Shown here: one piece after another, positions 34,734 through 48,583 of the stretch
How positions within the stretch are numbered: position 1 is the stretch's first letter
How the letters are laid out: every line of letters starts with the position of its first letter
NCBI RefSeq assembly: GCF_001949145.1
Contig: NW_019091358.1
Location: forward strand, 2,660,535-2,724,534
Direction: 5' to 3'
Origin: Acanthaster planci
Lineage: Eukaryota
DNA length: 64,000 nucleotides
The notes under the pieces: generated by a model
Seen by the model: only the letters and a program-made list of their open reading frames with translations
Databases searched by the model: none
What the model was told of the DNA's origin: nothing
Made by a program: the position numbers and the translations under genes

Positions 34734-34936
34734 CTATAGTGTTCGCTCCTGGGAATGACCTGGGCAAAGTGCAGGGCGGACGTCCTGGCCTTCCAATGCC
34801 ATTTAGTGGCCGGCAGCGTGTGCTTGACTGAGTAAGGCAAGTTGGCCATGAGCAGGTCGACCAGCTGCTGATGTGACCCACCATAGAACGGTTCAATGAT
34901 CAACGTCTGGTACGCTTCACTGAACAGAGGATCCAT
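34734..34936 (-). CDS. GTDC1: GTDC1/QTMAN coding exon 1
   Basis: [29 protein letters not shown]...[29 protein letters not shown](R) matches the GTDC1 N-terminus (E.FYGGSH, KWHW.ARTSAL); donor AG|GTGGGT. All eight exons join in frame to 631 aa. Confidence 0.93.
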
Positions 34937-37900
34937 AACTATCACAGCTAGTTAACCCTACCTCCAAAGAAAAAAATAATTGCATTTAGTAGTAAGCTAT
35001 TTTTCCTTACACAACTATACAAGCACTTTCTATTCACATGTATAATATGGCTCATTCACTTTTTTTGTTTTCCATAAACCGAGGGTTCCCAGTGCATTTT
35101 TTTATGACTGAGTCTTAATGTCCCCATAATTGTTCTATTATAGATTTTGTTTCAGTTAATAACGTTTGAATGTTTCACAGTATTCTTTCAGCACCTGCCA
35201 TTGGCAAAGGCTTTTTATGGCTTTATTTTTTCATTAAATTTTCCTTATGCTTTTCATTTGCATAATCATATCCACTTCCTTTATTGTATGTATGCTAAAT
35301 AAGTTGTATTTTGTTTGTGGTTGGATATAAATATAGGCAGTGTCAACCAACATGTACAATGCAATATACCAAAACAACAAACAACATGAACAAGTACAGT
35401 GATGGCCAAGTCAAAATTTTAAAATTTTCCTCGTCAAAGTTTTCTTCAAGAGAGGGACGAGAAGAGGTCCCCGTTCCTTTTTCTAAAAAGCAAATTAGTC
35501 AAAGAGGGCAGATAGATTGATGCAATTCTTTTGCTAATACCTTAGGGTCTAAAGGAGTTTTCATTGTGTCAAAATTACGACAGAATAGGTTGCAAATGAT
35601 TTAAAAAATGGTTTATTTTGTGGCTTGTCCTTTTCACTTTTGAAAAGAACACACACAAATGTACGTATATGTACTGTACATGTGTAAGTTACAAATACAC
35701 TGTACTTAATTTACTCAAAAGAATATCCTTGAGTGTACATGTAGCTTGTAAACCTACTGGAGATATATGTATGTAAGATTCCATCAAGGTAAAAAAATCT
35801 CCCCGCTATGGCCCACATTCTAATCCGGAACACAAACTGACTTACATGTAAGGTAATGTGACCCAGCCTTGCAAAATAAATTGCAGGTCACCTGAGCCAC
35901 TTTTCCTCTGACCACCTCGCACAGACTCTTTGCACAATGGAATTCAATAAGAACCCCCTCAATTTGTCACCCAAACAACGCCACTTCTCATCGGCAATGC
36001 CAAACTGGTCGATACCGGTGCATCCACATCAAAGACCTGAGGTGGCTCTTTCTAATGTAAGCAAGAGCCAGAAAGCTTCCAAATGAGCTATGATCAGTAC
36101 TCATTTTCGTGGGATCTGGTCACAAAGGTTCAGGAAATTTTTTAAAAACCGTACCAGTAGCAAATGCCTTATGGAAAGTTTGAACATCATCTTTCATGCA
36201 CACAATCACAGACTCGGTGTGAACACTTTTCAGGGAACAGAGACAATCTGGTTTCACTCAATGTACTCTACCTACTGCTTCACAACAGCCACTGTACCGA
36301 TATGTTGTGTGCAATATTGATGCAGGTGAACTGTCCAGTCAAAAAGTGACGTCACACTTCGGTACTCTATTGTAAAAACGTTTGTTTCAGCTGCTATTTG
36401 TGTCTATCGTTCAGTTCCAGCTGGTTAAATGTGGCACAGTTTGTTTCCCTTTATATTACACATAGCATGCAATGGCAGCAAATGTTTAAATAGAAACGTA
36501 AGGTACTGTATGTATAGGGATGAAACATAACAGTATTCATGACACAGAAATCTGCATAGTAATACTCAGCAATAAATAAACGAGAATAAAAGTCAGACTG
36601 TTTCATAATATTGCAGAAAAGGGGACAATACATGTACACATGCACATTTTTCTTGGAAACAGTCCCTGTAAATAGAGTTCATTCCACCTAAAGGACGGTT
36701 TCGAATTCCATGACTTTTCCAGGCCTAGAAAACCAAAACAAATTTCCATGACTTTTCTAGGCAGCAGTAACCCTGCATACGTAAATCTTCACCCAAGCTC
36801 TAACTTGGCCAGTTAAAATTGCATGCACTTTTAGGTTAATATCAATGAAATTGCAAACAGGCGGCGAGGCAGAAAATTTCTCCTTCATATTTTATGAACT
36901 CCCAACTTTCATATCTAAAGAGATTAGAGGGTACCATAATTTGGCAAAAAGCACTAAACTTAGAAGAGGACAAAACAAACATGCATGCGCATACGGGTAC
37001 TACAAAATACAAAATTTATTTGGAAGTTCTTTTACGGTATTTCACGGCTTATAACACCACAAATATTGTACATGTACCGTAGCATGAATTAAATATGCCA
37101 ATATGCAGAATATCATTTTTGACTATTCTGGAGCTACAAAAGATTTACATGATGTGCTTTGACAGTGTTATAGGTATCCGACAGAAGTGGTACATTAAGC
37201 AAAATTGAATTCTGTTCATTGCTTGTGAGCGGAAGCAAGTCAGGAGCACTTTAGATTTGGCACGAAGTTTGCCTAAAAAATTCACTTTATTGGATAAAGA
37301 AAGCTTTCAGAAGTTTTTAAAAAAATCTAATGGGTGGCAATATTTACCTAAAACTTCATTTGAACTGGTTTTATGACGGTAAATATCTCCAACATGGTGT
37401 GGTTTTTAAGTGTTCACACTTAGACAGTTTTTCCAAGCTCTAAACTCAAAGTCTGTGAACCCCCAAAAAGACAGTGAGATTTTCCTGAGTTCACTTCACA
37501 TTTCAATAATGTTTAAACCAGAAAGATATGAAAATTAAAAAAAAATTACTGGTACATCAAGAACGTGTTCAACTTGTTGACTGTCAAATTTTGCTCTTAT
37601 GTACAAGTACATGTAGGTCACAGAATTTAGCATTTTGCATGATTTGTACAAGTCTAAAACATTTTTAATCTGCTCATTATTTTTACCCTGAATTGGACAG
37701 GAAATCAACATATTCACAAAGGAGGGTTTAGTGACATTAGTGTGTACAGTGCTCATATTTGTTTATCACTCAGTAAAATACAAGATGGCAAAAATATGTG
37801 CAAAAGGTTGGAAAACATTTTAAATAAACAGTAGTTTCTAGACCATAAACCGGTCCTGACACGCCTTTGTGACAAAAACAAGCAGTCAAGGTTTTGGGGG

Positions 37901-39256
37901 ACTAAGCAATTTTATGTCTAAAATCTTTGGGAAATGTGAGTTTGTATTCCTTGTGTCCTAATGGGGACCAGAGCTAGTGCTGCAAGACACTCGGCTATGT
38001 GATAACTAGCCTTTTGTCAAGGCCTTCGTGGCTGTGTTTATGTGTAACTGCAAAGCGGCTGGGCCAGAGACCACATGCACGAGTGGCGCAGCCACGAGGC
38101 CTTTTCCAACTTGTCAGGAATTTCCTATCTTTTTCTTTATGTTTTCGATTTCTGCTACCCCGAAGGGGTTGCGAGGGGGTTAGCATACATAAACCTATTA
38201 TGCAAATTGAAAGTATATGAAAGATAGCGAGCGTGTCAAGTGTGTCGGCAGCCGTGAGCGCAGGTTAGTTGTCTAAGCAGTATTTGGACAGTTCTTTAGA
38301 ATATGCTGCTGGAAAATTCGCCTTCCCGAGTTAAAACCATTGCATCGTTAGGCTATTGAAGCATCTGTACACGGGCATGACAATTTCGTCTTTACCTACG
38401 GGATGTGGTAAGACTGAGCTCCATAGTTCAAGCACGGCCATTTTGTTTTGACCATTCGGCCTTGGTGAACTGCTACTTTCTAGCATTACGCCAACGTCAC
38501 CAACCCCACCAACAAGCATCAAAGTTGTCATCTCACCACTTATCGCCCTCATGAAAAACCAGATGGAAACAATGCATAAGCTTTGAAGTGGATGCCATTT
38601 ATTTTCAGAGACTCATCTGCTTCAACTATTTACATAAAAGTGACTGGTCACCTGTCCAGTCACTTTGCAGTTACACACACACAGCCATGAAGGCCTTGAC
38701 GAAAGGCTATGTGATCACCGGGTCAAGGGGGGTGAATTTGCTAATTATATCGTATCAGTTGTTCAGTTCAACGTTCAAAGAAAAATAACGTGTCATCAGA
38801 TGACGGCAAAATATACACTGTAAAGAGTAATATCAGTATCACTCTAGTCTAAGTCACCTTTTAAACAATTCCATGCAAATAGACACTATTCTATAGGCAA
38901 GCATGTGATCTATGTAATCAACAGAATTTCTGCATACATATGACTTTTTGAAGTTTTTGGCAAATGTTACTGCATAGTTGTAATACCTGATCTACTCTGG
39001 ATAGACCCAAATTTCTCGTATTTTAAATAACAATTTCGATCCAGGGCGTTTTAACCTGCGGTTCGAAATCAGGAAGTAACACGTACAGTTTTATTAATGA
39101 AACAGGAAACAGGATCTTGACTCGAGCTTTAAGAGGCAATTTAACCAAGATATCGTAACATATCATTATATCACTGCTCAGACCAAAATTAAGGTGCTCG
39201 TTCCCTTCCTGATTCGTCTAATGTTCGTTTGACACCTGTTAGTGTTTGTAACTTAC

Positions 39257-39678
39257 CTGTTCCTCATGTTTGGTACGGTTCGAGTGATCGCCACGGCAGT
39301 CCGTGTTTCGAGATAGTCAGTCACCATGTGCTGCATGTGCATGTCCTTGTTTGAGTACGGCGCCCTCTCCAGTTGATCTTACAAGTCACATGATATTCGT
39401 GCGTCCCAACTTCGCAAAATAGAGGAATTGCTCCTTAAGTCACGATTTACATCTTTCCCCTTGGTTGCGTTTCTGCTGGATAACGAGTGTCATTTTTGGA
39501 ATTAAAAGTCTATGTTTATTCTTCCACAAGAAACTCGCTACTCAAATAACTCAACTCCACATTGGTTGTTCCACAGCTAATCTGCGAGAGGTCTGCGGCG
39601 CGAGACAGCCGTGATACGAGCCATCCCTAGCAATTGCGATATCGGCTCAGGCAGCAGGACGACCTGACATGTGTGAAC
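39257..39678. promoter_or_regulatory. Putative bidirectional promoter GTDC1 <-> SNX27, including a candidate non-coding first exon of GTDC1
   Basis: CpG-rich; minus-strand consensus donor CAG|GTAAGT at 39257/39256; SNX27 ATG about 420 bp away on the plus strand; GCGCCCTCT and GTCACATGA motifs. Confidence 0.55.
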
Positions 39679-39944
39679 ATGGCGGACGTGGACGACGACG
39701 AAGGCTCGACCGCCTCTGAGCGGTCCTCCACAGCCCAAGAGAAATCCAAGAGCCCCAGGGTGGTGACCATCGTCAAAAGCGACACGGGGTTCGGCTTCAA
39801 CGTGAGGGGGCAGGTCAGCGAGGGTGGGCAGCTCAAGAGCATCAACGGGGAGCTGTACGCACCGCTGCAACACGTTAGCGCGGTGTTGGAGGGAGGGGCA
39901 GCAGAGAGAGCAGGCATCTGCAAAGGGGACCGGATCCTGGAAGT
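39679..39944 (+). CDS. SNX27: Sorting nexin-27, first coding exon (N-terminal part of PDZ domain)
   Basis: AACATGGCG start; [64 protein letters not shown] is the characteristic SNX27 PDZ with its VPS26-binding hairpin; donor GT|GTGAGT; exon 2 not found in the window. Confidence 0.95.
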
Positions 39945-41715
39945 GTGAGTATGAATGCGTACTAGCTGCTACTGAGTGGCCTTGTTTTGGGAGGGTCGGA
40001 AATAGCCTGCTGAATCGTTGGAGCATATTTAATCCACAAATTGTCACAGAACACTGCCTTTAAAAAACGATTTTTCAGATTTCTGCAGATTTTTCTCTAG
40101 GGCCCCTGGGCCCTCATGGCCCTAGGCCTGTTAGTGTTACACCCACTTGTTATACCCACTGTTTTCACAAATTCGCTGCACTAGTCAGTGCTAGTGGTTG
40201 AATGTTCTACAGGCCTACAATATGTGGCCTAGGCCCCACTTCCGAACATATGATTTTTTGGTTTATATGATTTTTTTGGGTGTACAACTATTGTTAGGTC
40301 TACCATCAGTCTATCAGTGTCAGTATCAGCCAGTTGCATGGCCATCTGGTTTGTATGGTCTGGTGTGTAAAAATAGAATGTTCCAGGTCTAAATCCATGC
40401 ACCGGTAGTTGGTAAGTTTGTAAGAATGGCAATATCATTGTCACAAGTACCCAAAAGTATTAAAGGGAGTGCTAGGTTAAATCTCTAGACAGGCTTTTGG
40501 TGAGGAAAAGGGTTTAAACGGGTACTATGTAAGGACGAACAGGTTTAAAAAGTGAAGGGATATTGATGTTTATGACACCTAGGCCTGTGGTGCTCAAAAA
40601 GTTGTGATGTTCCAATTCAATTCTTTCTCGGGGATTACTTTGGGGGGGGAGATGGACGGGATGTTTTCAGGTTTTTCAGCCGTTATGCAAAACATATTGG
40701 TATGATGCGGGTGATCCCATTCTTGCACTGGGAAGAATATTTTTGTTGTGAGTTTACTCTGCCCTTCCAAAACGATATTCCGCAGCCTAGAACAAAAAAT
40801 GCGATTGACTGATGGAGATGTCATCAACAGTTGACAGTGTGATCACTGATCGCACAGTACAGTTGCTCCGATGACCACATCCGTGCCCGTTCCGTTTATC
40901 ACTGTATGGAAATTAATCCTGACAGAGACTTTGATGCGTGCAGAAAAATGTCTTGACAACAAAATCCTGCCATTGCCAATGTTACTCACTCTGCAGCTGA
41001 TGAAATTTTTCAAGATGTTCCAGGAGTAAAGGTTTCCCATACATGTATTTCCCCAGCCCAATTTAAAATCTTACATATCGTTCAGGTTTCGTTAGGGTCT
41101 TCACTTCGGTACTACTGTGCACCCGGATCGAAGCCAAATGATGTCAATCGGAACATGCTGAAGCCTTGTACCATGGTACATGATCAACTTTTCAAATGCA
41201 TACATAAATTCACTATTCAGTGGTCCTGTGGCGTAACTGTTGATAGATTAGTGAGTTTGTAGAAGATCAAGAGTTCAAGACTAGATTCCTTTTGACAAAT
41301 GTACAGGTATGCTGTAGTGAAGGAGTGTTGGACAGGCGCCAACTAATTACTACCGTACTATTTCCAGGTGTAGGCCTATATACTGTAATGTTCCCATTAC
41401 CTTGAGTTTTGGACTCTAGGGGTGGATCCAGGAATTTTTGGAGGGGGGGGGATTCAGGCCAGTCAGATTTCTTTTATATCTGATTGTTTCGGGCAGCAGA
41501 CACATACTGGTACCAACTTGTTACTGAGGAACAAATACACTTAACCCTTACAGGGTGTCATTTTTTCAATGTTATTACTGGTATTTCATTTATCTTTATT
41601 TTTGGGATGTCAGATTGGGGAGATATTGAATCCCCTGCTTGGATCCATAAGTTACTGGACTCTTCGTGCACAGTTCCAGGAGTCTGAAATTTTGGACCAA
41701 ACTTACTGTTCTTAA

Positions 41716-42130
41716 CCCCTTCATGCCGGGACGCAGATAGAGCCGCCGTAAAAATTGAGAACCTCAGCCCGCTTTTCAGCTAATATTCTCGGCCCACGCT
41801 CAAGCGAACACAGTGAAAGAAGGCAGACCCTGGCTCTTGTATATGTGGTAATTGTCTTTGTGCGTAGCCCAGAAATGAAAAGACCGAATTTGCATCATAA
41901 TCACCAGCTTCACAATAGTCCCCACTTCGAAAAGAGGCAACGGGAATGTGGAAGCTTGAGTAGAGCCGCATGCCACCGAACAATCAGCCTTTTCACCATG
42001 TAATTCAAAGCGTGCAGAGCACGCAGGGCCACAAACCGAGAATCTGCGGTTTGGCAGGTAGCCTTCGTGGCCAAGCGAGGCTGGAATTCTTGGAGTTGGC
42101 TTTCGGGAAGAAATTCCTGTCGTCAAGGGG
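41716..42130. mobile_element. piggyBac-like non-autonomous element, TTAA TSD
   Basis: TTAA|CCCCTTCATGCCGGGA ... TCCTGTCGTCAAGGGG|TTAA. Confidence 0.7.
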
Positions 42131-45100
42131 TTAATAATGGGTCGTATGAATAAAAAGTAGCCTTTGCTTTTACTATCATTTTTGAAGCATTTACTCGTGT
42201 TTGTATGAATAATAATGAAGCAAACACTTTTACTTTAGTGAAATTGCTCAAAAGTATAAGTAGTTACATTTTACTCTTTAAGCTTGCGCTTGAAAATTCA
42301 CCCCGAGTTGAAGTGCACCCCAAGCAGCAAAAGAAAGACAGATGGTAGTAAGTTTTCCAAGCGTTCTGCATGTACACAAAGACCATACATTAAGGAATAA
42401 ATTGGTTGCGCATACTCAGCGTGCTCCGTGTCAAACGCGCCATTGATCTCCATTATAAACATGCACCTATGCGGTGAGTACTAAAAAAACCATGCCCTCT
42501 TTTGTTACGTGAGGAGCGGATGAGCAGTTGCTTCATTTTGTATGAATTTATAAAAATGAGTAAGTTCTACAGAATTGGAGTATTTATTTGACATTTTTCA
42601 AGACTGGGTCAGGGCAAGCTTGAAAACGAGGAGCATTTACTAATGTTCAAAATGGCAGCGTTCATGAATGTCATTCGAAAGGAAAAGCTAAATGCCTTTA
42701 GGAGGGAATCTCAAGAAACCAGATGCAGGCAGTTGTACCGATTTGAGAGTGGCAGAGCAATTTCCTTCAAGGTTCTTGTGATCAAAATTACTGCCATCGT
42801 GCTTATCTGCCATGCTGAGGTCTCAAGATACATGTACATGTACAGCGCAGTGCTGCACTGTGTGCATCTGTTCGTCAGATAGCAGAAGCCCTATTGTGCA
42901 AAACCATTCGGCTGTGAAGTAAGCCACAAGCATAAAGCAATTGCTAATATTTATACCAGCAGATGCTGAATAGTAAAAGAAACATTTTATTCCTACAAAT
43001 TCAAGCATTTGCTCAATTCTTATTTGGTTTGACTTCTCAGTAAATGCTTTTGCTGTTTGCTTGAACTTTATAGCATTTGCTAGCTTTTACTCATAGGATC
43101 CAATATCTATTTTTTGTATCCTCTCTTCCCCCAGTATGTTTGCATGAATGTATCGACAACATGCTGGCCATCATTGCATGGCGTCAGTTTTAAAACATCA
43201 CAGGCTGTACTTGTCACCGAGTTACGGAGACTACAAAAGAAGGTGTTGAAATATAAGACAGTGTGGGGACCAAAACCATCAGGGGGACACAGTTTGTTCC
43301 CCACAGTTTTGCTCTGACTTTCCTAACAAGAGAAATTGTCCCCTTACTGCTGGGAAGCCCCACCCAAACACACAGAGAAAAACCCTTAGAAAACCCCACA
43401 AGCAGCCAACTCGACACTACCATCAGTAGTTTTTACCATTTGTGTGGATGATGCAATTTCTGAATATCCTTCACATTCGCAAGTGCTTTTAGATGCATAC
43501 CGAAACAAGTACATTAAAATTCACCACCTGCTGTCAGATCCATTCAAAAGAGTCTTGGATGAAGGCTAAATTCCTTGCACATTGTATACATTGTACATGT
43601 AATTACTGCATTTACAATCACTGTGTTGTACATGTATGTACTTACGTGTACATGTACCATACAGCATTGAATTTTATTACAAAATACGTGTAGTGTTTAC
43701 GCTAGAAAAAATAACCTTTCTTTATGTGACAAAAGTCAAATTTCTACCCTCATGCATGCATGCATATGTCATTACTGTCGTCAGAACTGTAGTATTATTT
43801 TGTACAAACTAGTAGCACATGTACATGTATACACGTGCATGCACTATGTTAGTACATGTACCAGGTAGACTGGCCACTTTGCAATGTACCAGTACAGTAT
43901 AATGTGCATGTGCATGAACTTGGTGTGCATGTTCTTATACTGGGAGTGCTCTGTCAATTTTTATGCAGATTTGATCAAATGGTGTCTTCATGGGTCACTG
44001 CACGTGCACGTTTCAGCAGTATTGTGGAACCCCTCCCGCCCCCATAAAGGCGAAAGAGCGGTTTGATTGGTTTTTAATTTAACGTCAGCCGGTGCTACTT
44101 GTAGTGCATGTACAAACAGTACATGTACATGTGTTGGATTTCATGACATCATGCCAAATGCCATTAAACTGTACTTTGGACCATCCTAGTCGTCAGCTGA
44201 ACCAAGACAGATTGGGCAGTAAGCAGAGCCATCACTTGGACTGCATCATTACATGTACCAGTAGCTATTAGTACATGAACAGACCATAAAGCTTTGCTTC
44301 AGAGCAGGTGCAGTTTGCTATCTATTTATCGCTATCTCAGGCAGGTACATGTAGCAGGCATGTATAATGAACCAATTCAGTATTTCATTAATTAAGGCAA
44401 GGTCATTCCCGAACAAAGTCACCTGCTCAAGCGTGTTTATTGAATTGCAGGTTACTTACTGTAGTAGTTGGTGTACGGAGCTCCTAATAGAGCTGTTCTC
44501 ATGCACACAAATCTTAAAATGTTCTTTAGTGACCTGCTACATGTACACATGTACATGTGTGGCATATGTGTCATTTTGAGTTTGCGCTCTTGGAGTCCTG
44601 AAATGGCTCTGGCTCATTGTCTTAAATGTACATGTAACCTACATGTACAGACTGTACACATCTTCATCTTCAACTGCACGTTTAGGATGTCACATGTACA
44701 TGTAATTCTGTTCTTGCAGGTACCGGTATGTACATGTACACGCCCCATGATGTACATTTTTTGTTAATCATCATACATATACAGCACATGTTGTACGTTG
44801 TATCCAGACGTACATGTACATGTAAATCATCTCTAATAACTGGTACTAGTGCACTGTGGTATCAGAGTTTTTCTTCAGCAACTTGGTACTTGTACTGTCA
44901 TGTACATGTACAATGTATAGTGGTATGACCATTATTTATCAGTGGACCCTGGTCCCTGGTGAATTTCCATGCCAGGCTGCAGTGGAAGCAGCATGGATTT
45001 TGCCTATGTACATGTATGTGATTGTACACAAACTGACTATTAATAGATTTTTCTTTTGCTCCTGGTTGTTTGAGTTGACCTACTTGAAGCTGATATATCT

Positions 45101-45516
45101 TGCCATCCCGTTTTTATGACAGTCAGTGTTTATACTATACATATGCCATTAAGTGCATTATGTATTCTTATGTTAACATTTAAGTACATGTACATGTATA
45201 CATGTAATGATGTATACCAGTACATGTACTAGTACATGTACATTGTACATGTACGTACACATACATACATGTACATACACTACATGTACTGGCGGTAGGT
45301 CACAGCCTGAATACTATGGGCCTGCACCACATCTGCCCGTTTGAGGTTCAAAAAGTGGGGATGCCAGCCACAACATGCCACCTACATACATGTACGTGTA
45401 TTCAAGGAATATGCTTCTGTTGCACAATGAAGACTGCCACCCTGCATTAAAGGTTTTATTGAACCTTTTCCACCTGCTGGATGAGTGCCTGGAATGTTTG
45501 TGGTTTCTTGCTCCAG

Positions 45517-45588
45517 TGCCGTTTGGCTTGTGTTGCCGTTTGGCTTGTGTTGCCGTTTGGCTTGTGTTGCCGTTTGGCTTGTGTTGCC
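45517..45588. repeat. 17-bp tandem repeat x4
   Basis: (TGCCGTTTGGCTTGTGT)4, perfect. Confidence 0.95.
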
Positions 45589-47914
45589 ATTGTTATTCCA
45601 TCTCGGGCTTCGCAGACTCTTTTCCTCAAAAGTACCCGCATGCTGTGTAATAGTTTCAGGAAGATCGAGTGCAGCGTTTCTCGGGTGCCAAACTCTATAT
45701 TTCAACATGCATGTTGTACTGTTCCCTGTCGTGATTTATGACACCTACTTTGGCGATTGAACAAGGCAATTGGGCAGGCACACACCACTATAAATCAACT
45801 GGTGTGAATTGCACCTGTGTAAGCAGGTTGAATTTCTTGTCTTGCAGTGGATCTGCATTTGGCATTCAGTGACAGACTACAGTTTTCGTCATCACTCCAT
45901 GGACAACGGACTGGAAGGATGCATGCACTCTACATGTATGTGTATGAATGCCATGCAAAATACCCCCGTTATCTTGTTTCCGTGTAGTATAGTGCAATAC
46001 CGCTGTAAAACACACCAGTTTGTTGCACCACTGAGACATATTCCTCGTGCCACCCAAATTTTCCATACACTCTAACTGAATGTGGAAATTTGCTGTAGAT
46101 AAAAGTCGGAACTGATGATAATGACTGGAAAACCAAGGACAATTGAAGTCCTGCTTGGAAAAAAAGATTAAACAAATTATGCCGTCCACATCATTCGTGG
46201 CTACACGCATGCACAGGTGGTTGTGTACTCATAGTGTACATCTAGCCCGCCTGCTGAGTATTGTGCATGCACACATGTACAAGTACATGTACATGTAGGA
46301 ATGGTTATGCAGCAAATCTTGCTTCGCTTGACCACTACGAAGGCAAGAGTTTTCACCTCAAACTAAATTCAGGTGAACAGATAGACAAATCAGTGTTTGT
46401 GACCAGACCTCACAAATGTCTTCGTTGAAATATTTTGTCAGTTTTATTTGTTTTCAAAAAAAATTTGACAAGCATTTGAATGGCATTTCTTGCATTGCTA
46501 AGTTCAGACGTGTCACTACATGTGCCATTGTGGTTCCAGTGCTGTTATATGTACTAGTCATGTAGTTTGTAACTTTTCTGCATGTCACATGCAACATTTG
46601 GTAATGAGTCGATGTACTCGATTTCACTTCGCGATGTGACTTTTGTGGTATTTATTTTGTAGCTTGATTTTATGTAAATGTTCAGTTTTGACATGGACAG
46701 TGTAAAGGCTGGATGAGGTGTGGCCTGTGCATCAGTGACCTATTAACCCTAACCCCCTAGGGACCATTGAAATCCTGCATAACCTTTAAAATTTTGCGAT
46801 TTGGAACAACCACCATATTGAAAATTTGTTACGTTTGTTAAAGTTGCATTGTACAGTATGCATAACTTGTACCTTACTGCTTCATGACATTACGTATGAA
46901 GAGGTTTTGCTAGGAGAGAATTTTTTTTCAGGAAAAAAATCAGTGTCTTAAATTGATTATTAGTACATACATGTATGTACCGGTACATGTATATGTACTT
47001 GTTCTAATTGTGCACTGCTGACACTCTTCGTGTCATATTGCTCTGATTTTCGACAGATTGGTGGCCACACTAATTTACTGGTATTGTACCTCGTTTACTT
47101 GTAGTAAACATGTCCATACTGAACATGGGATGTTGACGTCATTCTTGAAGCACTTACCTGTACCTGTGTGCTTAGCTTGATATCCCCATTAGACAGGATT
47201 GCTTTTTCAAGGTTTACCAGTAGTATACATGTACTGTACAGTACAGAGACCTTATTAGTTACTGACTAAATACATGTACATGCATGTGCACATGTACATC
47301 CGTGTATACATCAGCATGCATTGAGAACTGGTATGCTGGCTGCATATTGGTTTGTCATTGTCAACAGCCCAGCCAAGCAGTGGTATGTATTTAGAAGGCA
47401 CTTTGGGATGCCATGGTTTTGAAGGACTCGCCTTGCCGTTTCAGAGGTAAACATACATGTAGTATTACTAAAGTACTGTACTTGATGATATGCTGGGTTT
47501 GCATGTCAAATACATGGGTATACATGTAAGTACATGCATGTGTTAATGTACATACATGTACATGTACATATCTGTATTTAGCAGTTCCTGGCATTGTTCA
47601 GTGCAAAGATAATGGGGTACATACAGCTTCTACAGAGGGCGCTGTGTGATTATAATGAGCATGCATGCATGGATGATCAAGCGCCATGCTTTGCAATTGC
47701 ATGCAGGCAGAGTTGGTTACCTCATGGTTAACAGGATTCAACTGAGCAGGAACAGACGCTGAACACTGAGGCCTTATCATGATAATCTATCAATTCCCCA
47801 GTGGACAGGACAATCTGTCAAGAATGTCTACGCTTCATGTACACAGCTTACTTTATTTATTTCCTCAGAAGCCTGGCCCAGATCTTGTATACTGGGAGAC
47901 GCCACAAAAGTTCA

Positions 47915-48583
47915 TAGGGCTGTGCCGAATATTTGAATATATTCGATCGATGGTTGAATATTCGATTATTATTTTTCGAATTCGAATATTTGAATGCAAA
48001 ATTCATGGAAAAAAAGGGAGAAGTTTCCTTTTTAATTGAGAAAAACTACACTATTGTTACTTGTTTCAAGCAGATTCCAGACACCTAAAGGCAGCTGATA
48101 TACTGTAGGCCTACAATGTACATGTTCCCAACAGTCCAATGTATATGTAGAATCCATTCTAGAAAAATGCTTTTTGACAAAAAATATGAATGTGCCAAGA
48201 TAGTAGTCTTTGTAATAATGATGTATGGATGCAAACTTTGTTGAAATAAAATAAGACGAAACCTTGATGACATTATTTCAACTTGAAATTAAATAACTGG
48301 AGGTCCACAGAGGAAGATGGCTGCCTCAGAGGAAATTGTACCGGTCTCTTGGTAGTTTCAGACAAATTTTTTCGTTGCGTAATCTTAGCTGGTTAATGAA
48401 CATGTAGTTCACTGAGTGAAAAGCTAAATTATAATGTACAATTTTGAGCCTTATTGAGACTGATTTTTGTATATGGTTTCTTCATCAACAATCTGCCGGC
48501 TGGTATGACCGAACATTTGACAATTCAATGAAATTGAAGGTTGAATATTCAAATAGTCAATTATTCGAGCTGACTCAGCCCTA
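47915..48583. mobile_element. hAT-like non-autonomous element (TAGGGCTG TIR), copy 1
   Basis: AAAGTTCA|TAGGGCTG ... CAGCCCTA|AAAGTTTA (8-bp TSD, one mismatch); subterminal GAATATTCG repeats. Confidence 0.85.

Noticed and set aside
45382..45760. ORFs with repeated peptides
   Set aside because: Translations of the 17-bp tandem repeat.
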